Assembly (NCBI GenBank): GCA_963826785.1
Contig: CAWGYD010000006.1
Span: 224,001 to 288,000 of the forward strand
DNA: 64,000 nucleotides
DNA from: an uncultured delta proteobacterium
Lineage (GTDB): Bacteria > Desulfobacterota > Desulfobacteria > Desulfobacterales > Desulfosalsimonadaceae
Reading direction: 5' to 3'
The notes under the pieces were generated by a model. It had not been told where the DNA came from, made no database searches, and was given only the letters and a program-made list of their open reading frames with translations. Position numbers and translations under genes: made by a program. How positions within the stretch are numbered: position 1 is the first letter of the stretch; every line of letters begins with the position of its first letter. Positions 54,152-64,000 of the stretch are shown piece after piece.

Positions 54152-55052
54152 TGGGGACCTCCTCGGCGAAATAATCGTTTTCCTGTTCCAGCAGGCGCAC
54201 GGCACGCTCTTTGGCGATGACATTGGACAGGGTGGTTTCCGGCAGGGTCGAGCCGGTGGCCGCCATCACCTCGGCCAGCAGGGATTCAAACAGTTTCCGG
54301 TCCTGGACCTGAACAGCATAGGAGCGGGCATAGAGCACCTGGATCATGTAGGATTGCCGGTGGGTAAGGGCGAGCGCCCTCTCGAAATGCATCTTCGATA
54401 GCTCGGGCCGGCCGCCGAGGGGGACCGGGACGCTGCCGTGGTAAAACCCCAGGAAGGTCTCGGGTCCGGCAAACCAGTACGCGGGATCCAGGCTGGCGGC
54501 CTCCTCCACTATCCGGATGACAAAGGGCATGTCCGCCAGGGCCGCAGGCGATTCCCGGTCCAGCTGAATCCGGCCGCCCCAGGCAAAGGCGGTCCAGAAC
54601 AGGGCGGGCACGTCCTTTTTTTCCGCTCGGGTTAAAATAGCGCTCCACTGGTCCAGGTCAAACGGGTTTTCCGGAACCAGCCCGCTTTGTGAAAGCAGTT
54701 TGAGGCCGTACTTTTCGCCCCGGCTGTAAAGGCCCATGGCGCGAGCCGGATTCTCCGGCTCGATGAACATGAACGCATGCGCGGAAAATCCCTGGGATGC
54801 CAGCAGCAGCAGATCCGGATTGCCCGGATCATTTTCCAGAAAGGCTTCTATGAACTTGAGGTTTGCGGCCATGGAATTTCTCACCAGGACCGGATCGTCA
54901 TCTTTTAAATACGCGGCATGTCCGGTCTGCATTATATCCGTCACCTGGCTGACCGCAAGCTTTCTGACGCTGCAGGCGGATAATGCCGCAAACGTCAGAA
55001 CAACTAAAATCATAACCATCCATCTGTGACGTGTGTGAATTTTTGTGTCCAT
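54132..55052 (-). CDS. TRAP transporter TatT component (TPR-like lipoprotein)
   Basis: Lipobox LSAC; DDPVLV, ALFWTAFAWG, LGGRPELSKMHFERAL, YARSYAV; immediately upstream of dctP. Confidence 0.85.
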   Translation of the reverse strand: MDTKIHTRHRWMVMILVVLTFAALSACSVRKLAVSQVTDIMQTGHAAYLKDDDPVLVRNSMAANLKFIEAFLENDPGNPDLLLLASQGFSAHAFMFIEPENPARAMGLYSRGEKYGLKLLSQSGLVPENPFDLDQWSAILTRAEKKDVPALFWTAFAWGGRIQLDRESPAALADMPFVIRIVEEAASLDPAYWFAGPETFLGFYHGSVPVPLGGRPELSKMHFERALALTHRQSYMIQVLYARSYAVQVQDRKLFESLLAEVMAATGSTLPETTLSNVIAKERAVRLLEQENDYFAEEVPSETDQL

Positions 55053-55075
55053 GCCACCTCCTTTACATACAGATC

Positions 55076-57529
55076 TCATTGAATCGCCAACGGATTTTCG
55101 GTCAGCCACAGCCGCTCAAAAGGGGCCAGTTTCCGGTCCAGTCTTCCCGGGGGAGCCAGATCGATCCACCGGTTTTGCACATTATCATATACCCTGCCCA
55201 TCTCTTGGATTCCCATTTCCGGCAATACGATGCGCGTAGTTGTTTGCCGGTCCACGATATTGACCAGGGCAAGCGACCAATGCTTTCGGCAATGATTATA
55301 TACCAGGGCCGCCGTTTTTCCGGCCGAACCGGTGCGCGCCTCGTGTCCCCGAAAATTTAAGGCCGGGTCACTATCCGCCAGCGAGATCAGGCGGTTGATC
55401 CCGGCCGCGACAGCATGGTGAAAGGTGGACGGGTCCTCTATGATTCCGGACAGATCCGCATATTTAGACCGGGTGCGCTTGATGTCTCGCAGCTCGCCGG
55501 TGGCTTCCATCCGAAGAAGATCGTTGCCCAGCCCCATCAGGTCGTTGAAATAAATAGTGCGGATATTTCTTCCGGTCAGGGCAAAGGCCAGGGTGTAAAA
55601 AGCCAGATACCGGTCGACTTCCAGTTGCCGGTCCTCCAGGCGCACCATGGCATCCCGGGTGGAGACGCATAATTCATAGGGCTCGCGGCCGAAAAGCATC
55701 TTGTCGGCCAAAAATTCGATCACATCTTGAGCCGCCGCCCCGGATGCGGGCGGACCTGTTGCAGCGAAAATATCTGCCGGCGTCCTGATTTCATCTTTTA
55801 AAAAAAGCGTTTCCGATTCGGCCGCACTATCCCCAAACAGCCGCCTTATAGCCTGTCGGGCGTTGAAGCCGGCCTCCCTGCACAGGTTTTCAAATTCGCT
55901 TTTTCCGATCTGCCGGGCCGGAACAGACTTATACTTGATGCGGCCGCCGTTTTGCATGGCGACCCGGGCCGATTGAGCGCGTTCGGATACATTCAGCAGG
56001 TCCAGGCTTCCCCGGACGGATTTGCCGTCGTGGCTTTCGGCCACACTGAACCGGATGCGATCGGGGGGGATGTCGAAACGGGCGGTCATTTCCTGGATGC
56101 GATGAAGAATTTCGGCGTTTTCCAGGTTGAATACCGCCGGCAGCATGCCGGCCAGGTGAAAATCATACATCACGGGCGGGGCATCGGGCGCCGCCAGCTG
56201 GGACAAAACGTTCGACAAGGTATCGTTGACTTCCAGGTTGGCGCTGATCCGGGGGGCCGCGCATTCCATGGACAGATAGAGGATGCGCATGAGGTGCCGG
56301 ACCTCGGGCAGGCCGAAACAGGGGGTTTTCCATTTCTTGAAGGCATAATTGGCCGCATCCAGCCGGAGCAGGTTGAGATCCAGGCCGAGATACCAGGAAA
56401 AATCATCGGCCAGCAGCACAAGCCCCGCCAGGGTGGACGTGTTCACATCCACCTGGACATGGCTGAAAGTGGTCAGCGCCCGGATATATTCGCCGAAAAT
56501 CTCACCCTCCAGCTTTTCAAATGCCTGGCAAAACTGCCTTGCCTTTCCGGCCTCATACCCGACGGCGACCAGCAGGTCGGTCCGGGTCCTGATATGCGGC
56601 TTGAAGATATAGGGTGGATGGCGGGTTTCCTGGATGGAAGAGAGGGTAAAGACCGCATCGGGCGAAATGCTGTTGGCCCGCAGATACCGCCTGAACCCGC
56701 TTACGATATCGTAGTCTTCATCTAGCAGCATCTGGTCATTTTTGATTTTACTGAAAATGGAAAAAATTCTGATGACCGGCAGGGGCAGTTTAAACGGCAG
56801 CAGGTCATCCATTGCCATGATCCGTCCTTCCGGGTCGAATCCGGCGTAAGTTGAATTTCTGGGCCGGCGGCGAAACAGGGTAAACAGCGGAAAGGGCCGG
56901 GGCCTGAAGACACGGTCAAAATCCCCCCGGTCCAGGTGCTGTTGATACGCTTTTTCGGAAAAGACGTAAAAGCATTCCCCGGCAGCATCGTCGCCGTCCA
57001 GGTAGGCACGGAATTTCGGATGGGCGATATCCACATGGTTTAAGACAAAATCGGCCATGAAGCAGCACCGGCCGGCAAGGCCGGCAAACAGGTCGTTGGT
57101 GCCGAAGGCGGGATCGATGCGGTTTCTTTGGACCTGGGAAAAATAGCCGTCGTTGAACCGGTCTTTGACGACCCGGCAGGCCGGCAGGATGTGCAGCCCG
57201 CCGGCAGCCGGGAAATACTGCGACAAAAACCGGCCCAGAACCGCAAGCGTCGGCAAATCTTTCTCCCGCACACTGTCGGGATAGGCGATCACGACCGTTT
57301 TCTGCCGGAATCTGGAAAGCGGATCGGAAGGGGCAAAGCCTACATCTTCCGACTTGATGCGCACATCTTTTTCCTGCCAGACCGAATTGAGCATGTGAAG
57401 CCAGTAGTCGGTGATTTGGGCGGCCAGGCCGCCGAAATCGGACCGGGGAAACATGATTTCGAACAGGCGTCCAATTTCCGCGAGCTTTTCGGGGGCAAGG
57501 GGCATCCAGGGGTTTGCGTCCATGTTCAC
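55076..57529 (-). CDS. GH13 sucrose/glucosylglycerate phosphorylase-like glycosidase with large insertions (817 aa)
   Basis: GLHILP, DFVLNH, RPRPFPLFT, TTFSHVQVDVN, RLDAANY, LEVND, SHDG, IYFNDLMG. Confidence 0.78.
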   Translation of the reverse strand: MNMDANPWMPLAPEKLAEIGRLFEIMFPRSDFGGLAAQITDYWLHMLNSVWQEKDVRIKSEDVGFAPSDPLSRFRQKTVVIAYPDSVREKDLPTLAVLGRFLSQYFPAAGGLHILPACRVVKDRFNDGYFSQVQRNRIDPAFGTNDLFAGLAGRCCFMADFVLNHVDIAHPKFRAYLDGDDAAGECFYVFSEKAYQQHLDRGDFDRVFRPRPFPLFTLFRRRPRNSTYAGFDPEGRIMAMDDLLPFKLPLPVIRIFSIFSKIKNDQMLLDEDYDIVSGFRRYLRANSISPDAVFTLSSIQETRHPPYIFKPHIRTRTDLLVAVGYEAGKARQFCQAFEKLEGEIFGEYIRALTTFSHVQVDVNTSTLAGLVLLADDFSWYLGLDLNLLRLDAANYAFKKWKTPCFGLPEVRHLMRILYLSMECAAPRISANLEVNDTLSNVLSQLAAPDAPPVMYDFHLAGMLPAVFNLENAEILHRIQEMTARFDIPPDRIRFSVAESHDGKSVRGSLDLLNVSERAQSARVAMQNGGRIKYKSVPARQIGKSEFENLCREAGFNARQAIRRLFGDSAAESETLFLKDEIRTPADIFAATGPPASGAAAQDVIEFLADKMLFGREPYELCVSTRDAMVRLEDRQLEVDRYLAFYTLAFALTGRNIRTIYFNDLMGLGNDLLRMEATGELRDIKRTRSKYADLSGIIEDPSTFHHAVAAGINRLISLADSDPALNFRGHEARTGSAGKTAALVYNHCRKHWSLALVNIVDRQTTTRIVLPEMGIQEMGRVYDNVQNRWIDLAPPGRLDRKLAPFERLWLTENPLAIQ

Positions 57530-57764
57530 CTTCAGACAAATTATCTGCCGATCAGCACATGATCTGATTTAACGGCAAAGGCGCGCGATCTGCAGGTTCA
57601 AGCGCATAACTGCAGCCATTGATCGCACCGTTTGAACGCTGCCAAAATCATATCCGTTTGACGCGTCCGGGTTCTTGTACTATACGACAAAAATCTGGCT
57701 TTTGCTCAAAAAGGATAATATCTTTGTTTGCAATGCGCACCTGTTAATTACTCTGGAGCCTCCC

Positions 57765-58520
57765 ATGAGAATCAGAACCAAGATCATTCTGGGATTTTTT
57801 ATCCTTGCGGCCATGCTTGCGGTGGCGGGGGCATACTCGATCTACGAATTGACGACCATCAGCACATCCGTTCAGCAACTGCTGGACGACAACTACCGGA
57901 GCATCAATGCCTCCAAGCAGATGATCGAGTCGCTGGAACGGGAAGACAGCGGATTGCTGCTGCTGCTGTCGGGAAAATGGAAAGAAGGCCGTGAAACCAT
58001 CCTCGCGGCGGATCAGAATTTCAAACAGGCCTTTACTATCGCCAGCCACAATCTGACCCTGCCCGGTGAAAAACAGAACGTCGAGCGCATATCCGCATTT
58101 TACGACCAATACCGCCGGAAATGGGACCAGCCCATCGTGGGCACGGCGCTTGAGGACAACCTGAACTGGTATTTCAGGGAGGTCCACGATGCTTTTTTAA
58201 AGGCCAAAGGGGCCGTTCAGGAGTTGATGGCCGCCAATGACCAGGCCATGTACCAGACGGCTTCACAGCTCAAAGACCGGGCACATCGCGCGGTGATGCC
58301 GGGGATCGTGGCCATCTTGAGCGCACTGGTGTTTACGCTCCTGTTCAATTTTTTCGTCAACCTGTACATCGTCAATCCCCTCCTGGCCATCACCCATGCG
58401 GTGAATCATTTCAATCAGACCAATGAATCGATCCGGCTGAACATCGACACGAGAGACGAGCTGCATGACCTGGCATCGGCGGTCATGGACATGTCCGTTC
58501 TGATCCGGACGCAAAAATGA
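57765..58520 (+). CDS. Membrane protein with four-helix-bundle sensor and HAMP domain, no output domain
   Basis: TM1, DNYRSINAS..MIESLEREDSG periplasmic domain, TM2, HAMP-like PL....RDELHDLA, then stop. Confidence 0.78.
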   Translation: MRIRTKIILGFFILAAMLAVAGAYSIYELTTISTSVQQLLDDNYRSINASKQMIESLEREDSGLLLLLSGKWKEGRETILAADQNFKQAFTIASHNLTLPGEKQNVERISAFYDQYRRKWDQPIVGTALEDNLNWYFREVHDAFLKAKGAVQELMAANDQAMYQTASQLKDRAHRAVMPGIVAILSALVFTLLFNFFVNLYIVNPLLAITHAVNHFNQTNESIRLNIDTRDELHDLASAVMDMSVLIRTQK

Positions 58521-58578
58521 GATTTTTGCATACAGACATGGCCGAAATATCCGCACCTCCAATCCAGGTTGTCCGGCC

Positions 58579-60018
58579 ATGAGAATCCAGATCATCGCCC
58601 GCTACCTGGGGATCGTTCTGCTGTTCAACGCCCTGTTCATGTTCATTTCGGCCGCAATTTCCGCCATCGGCGGCGACGGCGGCATACTTCCGCTCCTCTT
58701 CAGCGGGTTTGTCACCGCCCTTCTGGGCATATTCCCCCTGGTCTTCGTGCCGGCCACCTATGATGTCCGCAAGGAGGAGGGGCTGGCCATCGTGGTGGCC
58801 GGGTGGCTCTTTTCCTCCCTGATCGGAACGGTGCCCTATATCCTCTGGGGAGGTGAATTCACCTTCACCAATGCCTGGTTCGAGAGCGTGTCGGGATTTA
58901 CCACCACGGGATCGACCATCCTCAACAACATCGAAGCCCTTCCGGCCGGGCTGCTGTTCTGGCGGTCCACCACCCACTGGCTGGGGGGAATCGGAATTGT
59001 CATCTTCGTCCTGGCCATCGTTCCTACCGTGGGACAGACCGCCATGGTGCTGTATAAGGCGGAAATTTCCGATCTTGCCGTGGACAACCTGCAGTACCGC
59101 ACCCAGAAGACGCTGCAGGTGCTGCTGGTGGTCTACGTGGGGCTGACCATTCTGGAAACCGTTTCTTTGATGATATGCGGCATGAGCCTGTTCGATGCGG
59201 TCACCCATTCATTTGCCACCGTGGCCACCGGCGGGTTTTCGCCGAAAAACCTGAGCGTCGCCTATTACAACAGCCCCGCCATCGAAACGGTGATCATGAT
59301 TTTCATGATCCTCTCGGGCCTGCATTTCGGCCTGATATTTGTCGCCATCAGCGGGGCCGGCGGCAAACTGTGGGAATCCACCATCGTCCGGTATTACCTG
59401 CTGGCACTGCTGATCGGGATTGTTTTGATCAGCATCAATGTGCACGGCCGGATCTATGACAGCTGGGGGGCGGCTTTCCGGTATGCCTCCTTCCAGCTGA
59501 TATCGCTTGGCACCAGCACCGGATTTGCCACCACGGACACGGCGTTATGGCCCGGATTTTCCATTCTGATCCTGATCTTTTTTTCCCTGCAATGTGCCTG
59601 TGCGGGTTCCACCTCGGGGGGGATCAAGGTGGACCGTATCGTCATCTTCTGGAAAGCAGTGGCCGCCAGGTTTAAACGGCTGCGGCATCCCCGGGCGGTA
59701 ATCGTCATGAAAGTGGATGCCTCGGTGATCGGACCGGATCTGATCGAAGCCAGCCTGCTTTACATTTCACTTTACCTGGGAATCGTGTTCATCTCGTCGC
59801 TGCTGCTGGCCCTGATGGGGATGGATATCATGTCGGCTTTTTCCGGAACGGTGGCGGCCATGGGCAATGTCGGACCCGGATTTTCGACGGTCAGCTCCAT
59901 GAGCAATTTTGCAAACGTCCCGGAAGCGGGGAAATGGGTGCTTAGCCTGGTCATGCTGCTGGGGCGGCTGGAGATATTCGGATTTTTCATGCTGATCATA
60001 TACCGGCTGACCCGATAG
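58579..60018 (+). CDS. trkH: Trk system potassium uptake membrane protein
   Basis: FESVSGFTTTGST, WLGGIG, ATGGFS, TSTGF, AGSTSGGIK, GNVGPG, MLLGRLEIF. Confidence 0.95.
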   Translation: MRIQIIARYLGIVLLFNALFMFISAAISAIGGDGGILPLLFSGFVTALLGIFPLVFVPATYDVRKEEGLAIVVAGWLFSSLIGTVPYILWGGEFTFTNAWFESVSGFTTTGSTILNNIEALPAGLLFWRSTTHWLGGIGIVIFVLAIVPTVGQTAMVLYKAEISDLAVDNLQYRTQKTLQVLLVVYVGLTILETVSLMICGMSLFDAVTHSFATVATGGFSPKNLSVAYYNSPAIETVIMIFMILSGLHFGLIFVAISGAGGKLWESTIVRYYLLALLIGIVLISINVHGRIYDSWGAAFRYASFQLISLGTSTGFATTDTALWPGFSILILIFFSLQCACAGSTSGGIKVDRIVIFWKAVAARFKRLRHPRAVIVMKVDASVIGPDLIEASLLYISLYLGIVFISSLLLALMGMDIMSAFSGTVAAMGNVGPGFSTVSSMSNFANVPEAGKWVLSLVMLLGRLEIFGFFMLIIYRLTR

Positions 60019-60046
60019 ATACAAGGTCCTGGAGAATGAGGGAATT

Positions 60047-61165
60047 TTAATTCTTGCAGGCGGGGGCGATTTCCGGTGATTCGATGACCACCCGGTTGCG
60101 GCCCAGCCGTTTGGCTTCATAAAGCGCTTCGTCCGCAGTCCGGACCAGCGATTCAGGGCCTTTGCCGGATGAGGGAATTCGGGTGGAAATGCCCACGGAA
60201 ACGGTGATCACCTCTTCTGCCGGGTTCTCCCGATGGGGGATATGAAGATCCTGGATCTGCCGGCGGACATGTTCGGCCACTGTCTTTGCACCCGCGCAGG
60301 GTGTCTCCGGCAGGATCACGGCAAACTCCTCCCCACCGTATCTCGCGGCCAGGTCCGCCGGCCGGTGAATGCAGCTGCGGATCACTTCTGACAGCCGCCG
60401 GAGGCATTCATCCCCTGAAGGGTGGCCATAGATATCATTATACCGCTTGAAGTGATCCACATCGATCATCAGCAGCGAAATCTCGCTTTTCCGGCGAAGC
60501 GCCCGTTTCCATTCTTTTTCCAGCATATCGTCAAAATGGCGGCGGTTGAACAGCATCGTGAGCCCATCGGTAATGGCCATTTTCCGCATGTCATAGCGCA
60601 GATGAATGGAGGCGATCAGGATCCGGTGGATGCGCCGGCTGTTGGCCACCAGCGCCACAATCAGAAACAGAAGCGCCGCACTGTAGGAAAAGTACTGGGC
60701 CTTGCCTTTCAACAGGAACTGGAACGCTACAGGAGAGATGACCACAGCGGTGTAGGCACAGTAAATCCGCGCAAACGGCGCCTGGCTGTGACCGGCGCCG
60801 GCCACCACCCCCGCCAGCACCGCCACCAGGTAAATCTGAAACTCCGTTTCCCCGGTAAAGAACAACAATGCGCTTGCGCCCCAGACCATGGCGGATACCA
60901 GTGTTCCCGCGGCGTAGGCCCGATACCAGAAGCGTACCGGACGGCCGCCGGCCCGGTAATACCGCCGGCTCAGCATCACCCTGAAAAGGGTCGCCACCAG
61001 GAGCGCAATCAGCCAGTACAGCAGAATCCTGCCCGGCACGGCCGGCAGGAGCAGGGCGCACATCAGCACGCCGCAGGACATGTTGGTCAGCAGAGAACCG
61101 ACAGGGTCCTGGAACACATATGCCACGCTTTCAGCAAAAAGATAGGCGCGACGGTTTTCAGGCAT
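60047..61165 (-). CDS. Membrane-bound diguanylate cyclase (GGDEF domain)
   Basis: Several TM helices, TDGLT.LFNRR, DVDHFKRYND.YGH, RPADLAARYGGEEF (RxxD I-site); AAGGAG RBS. Confidence 0.93.
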   Translation of the reverse strand: MPENRRAYLFAESVAYVFQDPVGSLLTNMSCGVLMCALLLPAVPGRILLYWLIALLVATLFRVMLSRRYYRAGGRPVRFWYRAYAAGTLVSAMVWGASALLFFTGETEFQIYLVAVLAGVVAGAGHSQAPFARIYCAYTAVVISPVAFQFLLKGKAQYFSYSAALLFLIVALVANSRRIHRILIASIHLRYDMRKMAITDGLTMLFNRRHFDDMLEKEWKRALRRKSEISLLMIDVDHFKRYNDIYGHPSGDECLRRLSEVIRSCIHRPADLAARYGGEEFAVILPETPCAGAKTVAEHVRRQIQDLHIPHRENPAEEVITVSVGISTRIPSSGKGPESLVRTADEALYEAKRLGRNRVVIESPEIAPACKN

Positions 61166-61205
61166 CCATATCTCCTTTATGCCCAGCCCTTGGCGCGGGA
61201 GCCGG

Positions 61206-64000
61206 TCAATTGATGCCGGGACACGACGGGGATTCTGCCGACCCGTGATCATCCTCCGGGCAGAAGGTGTTTATGGCGCGCAGGTACTCCCCGGAGCGGT
61301 CCAGGTAAAACGCCAGGGGTTTTGAAAAATGTCTCCCCACGATGCCGTCGATGAACATCTGGCTAATTTCGCGCTCCATGGTCAGGATCTGCTGGGATTT
61401 GATCAAGGCGCTTCGCTCATCGGCGGACATCGTGCAGATGAAATTCTTGAACGCCGTTCTGGAGCGGGGCTGGTACATCCAGAAATAAAGCAGGTCCAGT
61501 GCATTGATGATCAGAATATTGATCAGTTCCCGGGACTCTTCGCCGGCATCCAGCAGCCATTGCCTGGGCTTGTCGAGAAGATACAGCACGTCTGCATCCG
61601 GATACAGGATTTCCAGCCGGGCATAGGTGTCCATGAACTGGGCCATTTTCTGCCGGTAATCGGACAGCCGGTTTTGGATATTCTTGGCCCGGTCCACCGA
61701 GCCTTCGATGAATCCGGCCACGCAGTCGGAAGCGGCTTTTGAAATCACCGCCGCCCAGCTCTGCAGGATTCCTTCAATACTGGATGCCCCCCACAGGATG
61801 AGGATCCCCCCCGCCATTTCGTTGAAGGCGAATGCCACGGGGATGGAAAACAGGCTGCGGAAAAAATTGCCGAATGCCGCTTCCCGGGGAAGCCCCCGAA
61901 ACAGGTTATGGGTGGTCAGGTAGATGCCGTTCACGGTAGCCATGATGGCATAGAGCATTACCGGGTGGGTGGTGGTATTGATGCCGAACCCATGGTTCAG
62001 CAAAAGCGTTTTCACCAGATAATCGAGCAGGGGCACGGAAAAGCCGGTATAGAGAAGCGAGTCCGTCAGCCGCTCCCAGCTGACGTAATCGTTCCACTGG
62101 AGCAGGGGGGATCGGCGGAAACCGCCGCCGCCGATGACGGATTGCAGAATATTGCGCAACCCGGTGATGCCAAACCAGATAAACGCACCGAACCAGGCCA
62201 GCACCCACCAGTCGTGGGTGATGACAAATGTCAGAAAGGCGGGGATGAATCCGACAATGACCTTCAGGGTATTTTTAACCGTGGTGTTCAGGTTGTTAAA
62301 GGAGCGCCGGTCTTCCTGAAGCCGCGGGGTTTCCGGGAGAAGCGCCAGTTGGTTGGTGGTCCCTTTCTGCTTCCCGCTCACCGTCACGATGTTGCCCCTG
62401 GGGACCATCCGGGTAAAATCTTCCAGCGCCACCCATTCCCGGGCGGGTTTCAGCCCGATCCCGGAAAGCCCTGGGATCATGCGGATCCTTCTGAGCAGCC
62501 GGTTCATCGCCCGGTTGTCTTCCGGCATGGGGGGGTAATTTAAGCGCAGGTAGGTATCCACGTGAAAGGGAAGGACCATGCGGGCGTTATCCGACTGCCG
62601 CACCGCCTCCTTCCGGGCGCGCCGCGGCAGGGACTCCATTACGGCAAGCCCCATCTCGTGCAGGCGGGGGGAATGGCCGGTGGAATCACTGCCAATTCGT
62701 GATTTGAGTGTCTTGATCCGGTACAGGTTCTTAAAAGTTTCGATATTCTCCAGGATCTTGCGAAACTTTTCGATCCGGGAGCGGGCATAGGGGCTTTCAT
62801 CTTCCTTTAATTTCTGGATCATTTCGATGATCAGCCGCTTGAGCTGAATGACATTTCCGGAGTTGATGGCCTGCTGCAGCTTGTCGATTACCGGAAGATG
62901 GCCGATCTTTCCCTCGGCATAATCCTTGAGATTGAAAATTTCAAGGCGGGTGATCCGACCCCGGCAGTCATAGAGCAGTTCCAGTACATCCTTTCCCCGC
63001 ATGTTGCTCAAATTGAGGGTGATGCGGTATCCCGAATTGAGCTGCGTCAGCTGATCGATCAATTCACATGGCGACAGGGTCATCAGCGACGGCCGGTCGT
63101 TGCTTTCCTGGGGATTGTTGATGTCCGGAACCGATGGGTTGTTCTTGGCCTTCAAAAAAAGATCATGGATCGCATCCGAGTCGAGCCGGTTCATCTGATT
63201 TACCCGTTCCTCGATGTCCAGTCGTTCTTTTTCGTCAGCCTTTTCATATTGGTGCTGCAGATCGGCCAGTTTTTCCTTCATCAGCGGAAGGAGCCCGGCA
63301 TGGATGAATTTGGCCAGATGCAGCAGCGAAGCCTGCCCGATGCCCACAAAAGACATGAACGCCGTCGGGTCCAGGGGCGGCATGTCGATTTCGAAAGTCT
63401 GATTGAGGACATGCCGGTGGCGCTGATTGAATTGCGCCAGGATGGCCAGGACATGATCCCTTTGAAAATCGGAAACCTTGCGGCCCTCTTTCATCAGCGC
63501 GCGGACCGATGGTTTGTCCAGAAAACGAAGGAAATCCCTGGCATCGGCAAATCCCCGGGGCACCCAGATGATCTGGGCGTACTGGTCATAAAAAGAAGCG
63601 AAAAACTCGATGCCGATGCGCACCATGATCCCCATGACTGCGGCGGCTTCCATGAGTTCCCCCGCGGTTTCCGGGGTGATATAGTTGTAATAGATCACCC
63701 GCAGGCGGCGGATGCCCTTGATCCAGGCATCCATGATCAGGTGGGTGGCGGATTTGCGGCCCTTGGTGTTGGCATCATGCACATGATCGTCAAACACCAG
63801 CTGGTTCCACTCCTCCGGCATCTCCAGGAGGTCGTATTTTCTGAGATAGGAGCGGACCACACGGGGTTTTCCGGATGCCACCACCCGGAAATCATGGGCC
63901 AGTCCCAGCTGGCGCTGGTAATCGCCCTTCGCCCGGACCAGGTCTTTCATGATCTCGATGAGCACCCGGGCGGTATTCATCTGCAGCTCCGTGCTGGTGG
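61206..64000 (-). CDS. Large hypothetical protein with PHP-like motifs and C-terminal TM region, partial, begins beyond right edge
   Basis: Frame open to the window edge; DDHVHD, IGIEF, LEIFN, GSDSTGH; several hydrophobic helices near the C-terminus. Confidence 0.7.
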   Translation of the reverse strand, partial: TSTELQMNTARVLIEIMKDLVRAKGDYQRQLGLAHDFRVVASGKPRVVRSYLRKYDLLEMPEEWNQLVFDDHVHDANTKGRKSATHLIMDAWIKGIRRLRVIYYNYITPETAGELMEAAAVMGIMVRIGIEFFASFYDQYAQIIWVPRGFADARDFLRFLDKPSVRALMKEGRKVSDFQRDHVLAILAQFNQRHRHVLNQTFEIDMPPLDPTAFMSFVGIGQASLLHLAKFIHAGLLPLMKEKLADLQHQYEKADEKERLDIEERVNQMNRLDSDAIHDLFLKAKNNPSVPDINNPQESNDRPSLMTLSPCELIDQLTQLNSGYRITLNLSNMRGKDVLELLYDCRGRITRLEIFNLKDYAEGKIGHLPVIDKLQQAINSGNVIQLKRLIIEMIQKLKEDESPYARSRIEKFRKILENIETFKNLYRIKTLKSRIGSDSTGHSPRLHEMGLAVMESLPRRARKEAVRQSDNARMVLPFHVDTYLRLNYPPMPEDNRAMNRLLRRIRMIPGLSGIGLKPAREWVALEDFTRMVPRGNIVTVSGKQKGTTNQLALLPETPRLQEDRRSFNNLNTTVKNTLKVIVGFIPAFLTFVITHDWWVLAWFGAFIWFGITGLRNILQSVIGGGGFRRSPLLQWNDYVSWERLTDSLLYTGFSVPLLDYLVKTLLLNHGFGINTTTHPVMLYAIMATVNGIYLTTHNLFRGLPREAAFGNFFRSLFSIPVAFAFNEMAGGILILWGASSIEGILQSWAAVISKAASDCVAGFIEGSVDRAKNIQNRLSDYRQKMAQFMDTYARLEILYPDADVLYLLDKPRQWLLDAGEESRELINILIINALDLLYFWMYQPRSRTAFKNFICTMSADERSALIKSQQILTMEREISQMFIDGIVGRHFSKPLAFYLDRSGEYLRAINTFCPEDDHGSAESPSCPGIN

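Overview
GC-rich chromosomal segment whose gene content and repeat types suggest an anaerobic Desulfobacterota (Desulfobacterales-like) bacterium; this taxonomy is inferred. Left to right it carries: a partial molybdopterin oxidoreductase, a YbhB/YbcL protein, an FRG-domain protein, an iscU-iscS pair, an SPFH/zinc-ribbon operon, ftsH, several sensor kinases, msrAB, a DUF2156 + reductase pair, a second cysteine desulfurase, a sigma-54 activator, fadL, a TCA-cycle cluster (sucA-sucB-lpdA, gltA, fumC, acnA, sdhAB, icd), fixC/fixX-like genes, a FemAB-type transferase, TRAP-T components, a GH13 phosphorylase-like protein, trkH, a diguanylate cyclase and a large PHP-like membrane protein. The strongest hidden signal is at 48437-49204 (-). 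The ORF track splits it, but it reads as one 255-aa MerB-like organometallic lyase with two in-frame TGA codons at the positions of the two MerB catalytic cysteines, each followed by a SECIS-like hairpin, so it is probably a double selenoprotein. Other notable items are an IscS lacking the PLP-binding lysine beside an IscU with a zinc-ribbon tail, a 3x ~425-bp structured tandem repeat that duplicates the sdhB 3' end, and a 37-aa ORF behind a sigma-54-type promoter. Three single-base frameshifts (CHASE4 kinase, sucA, acnA) may be sequencing errors. No rRNA, tRNA, CRISPR array or transposase was recognised.
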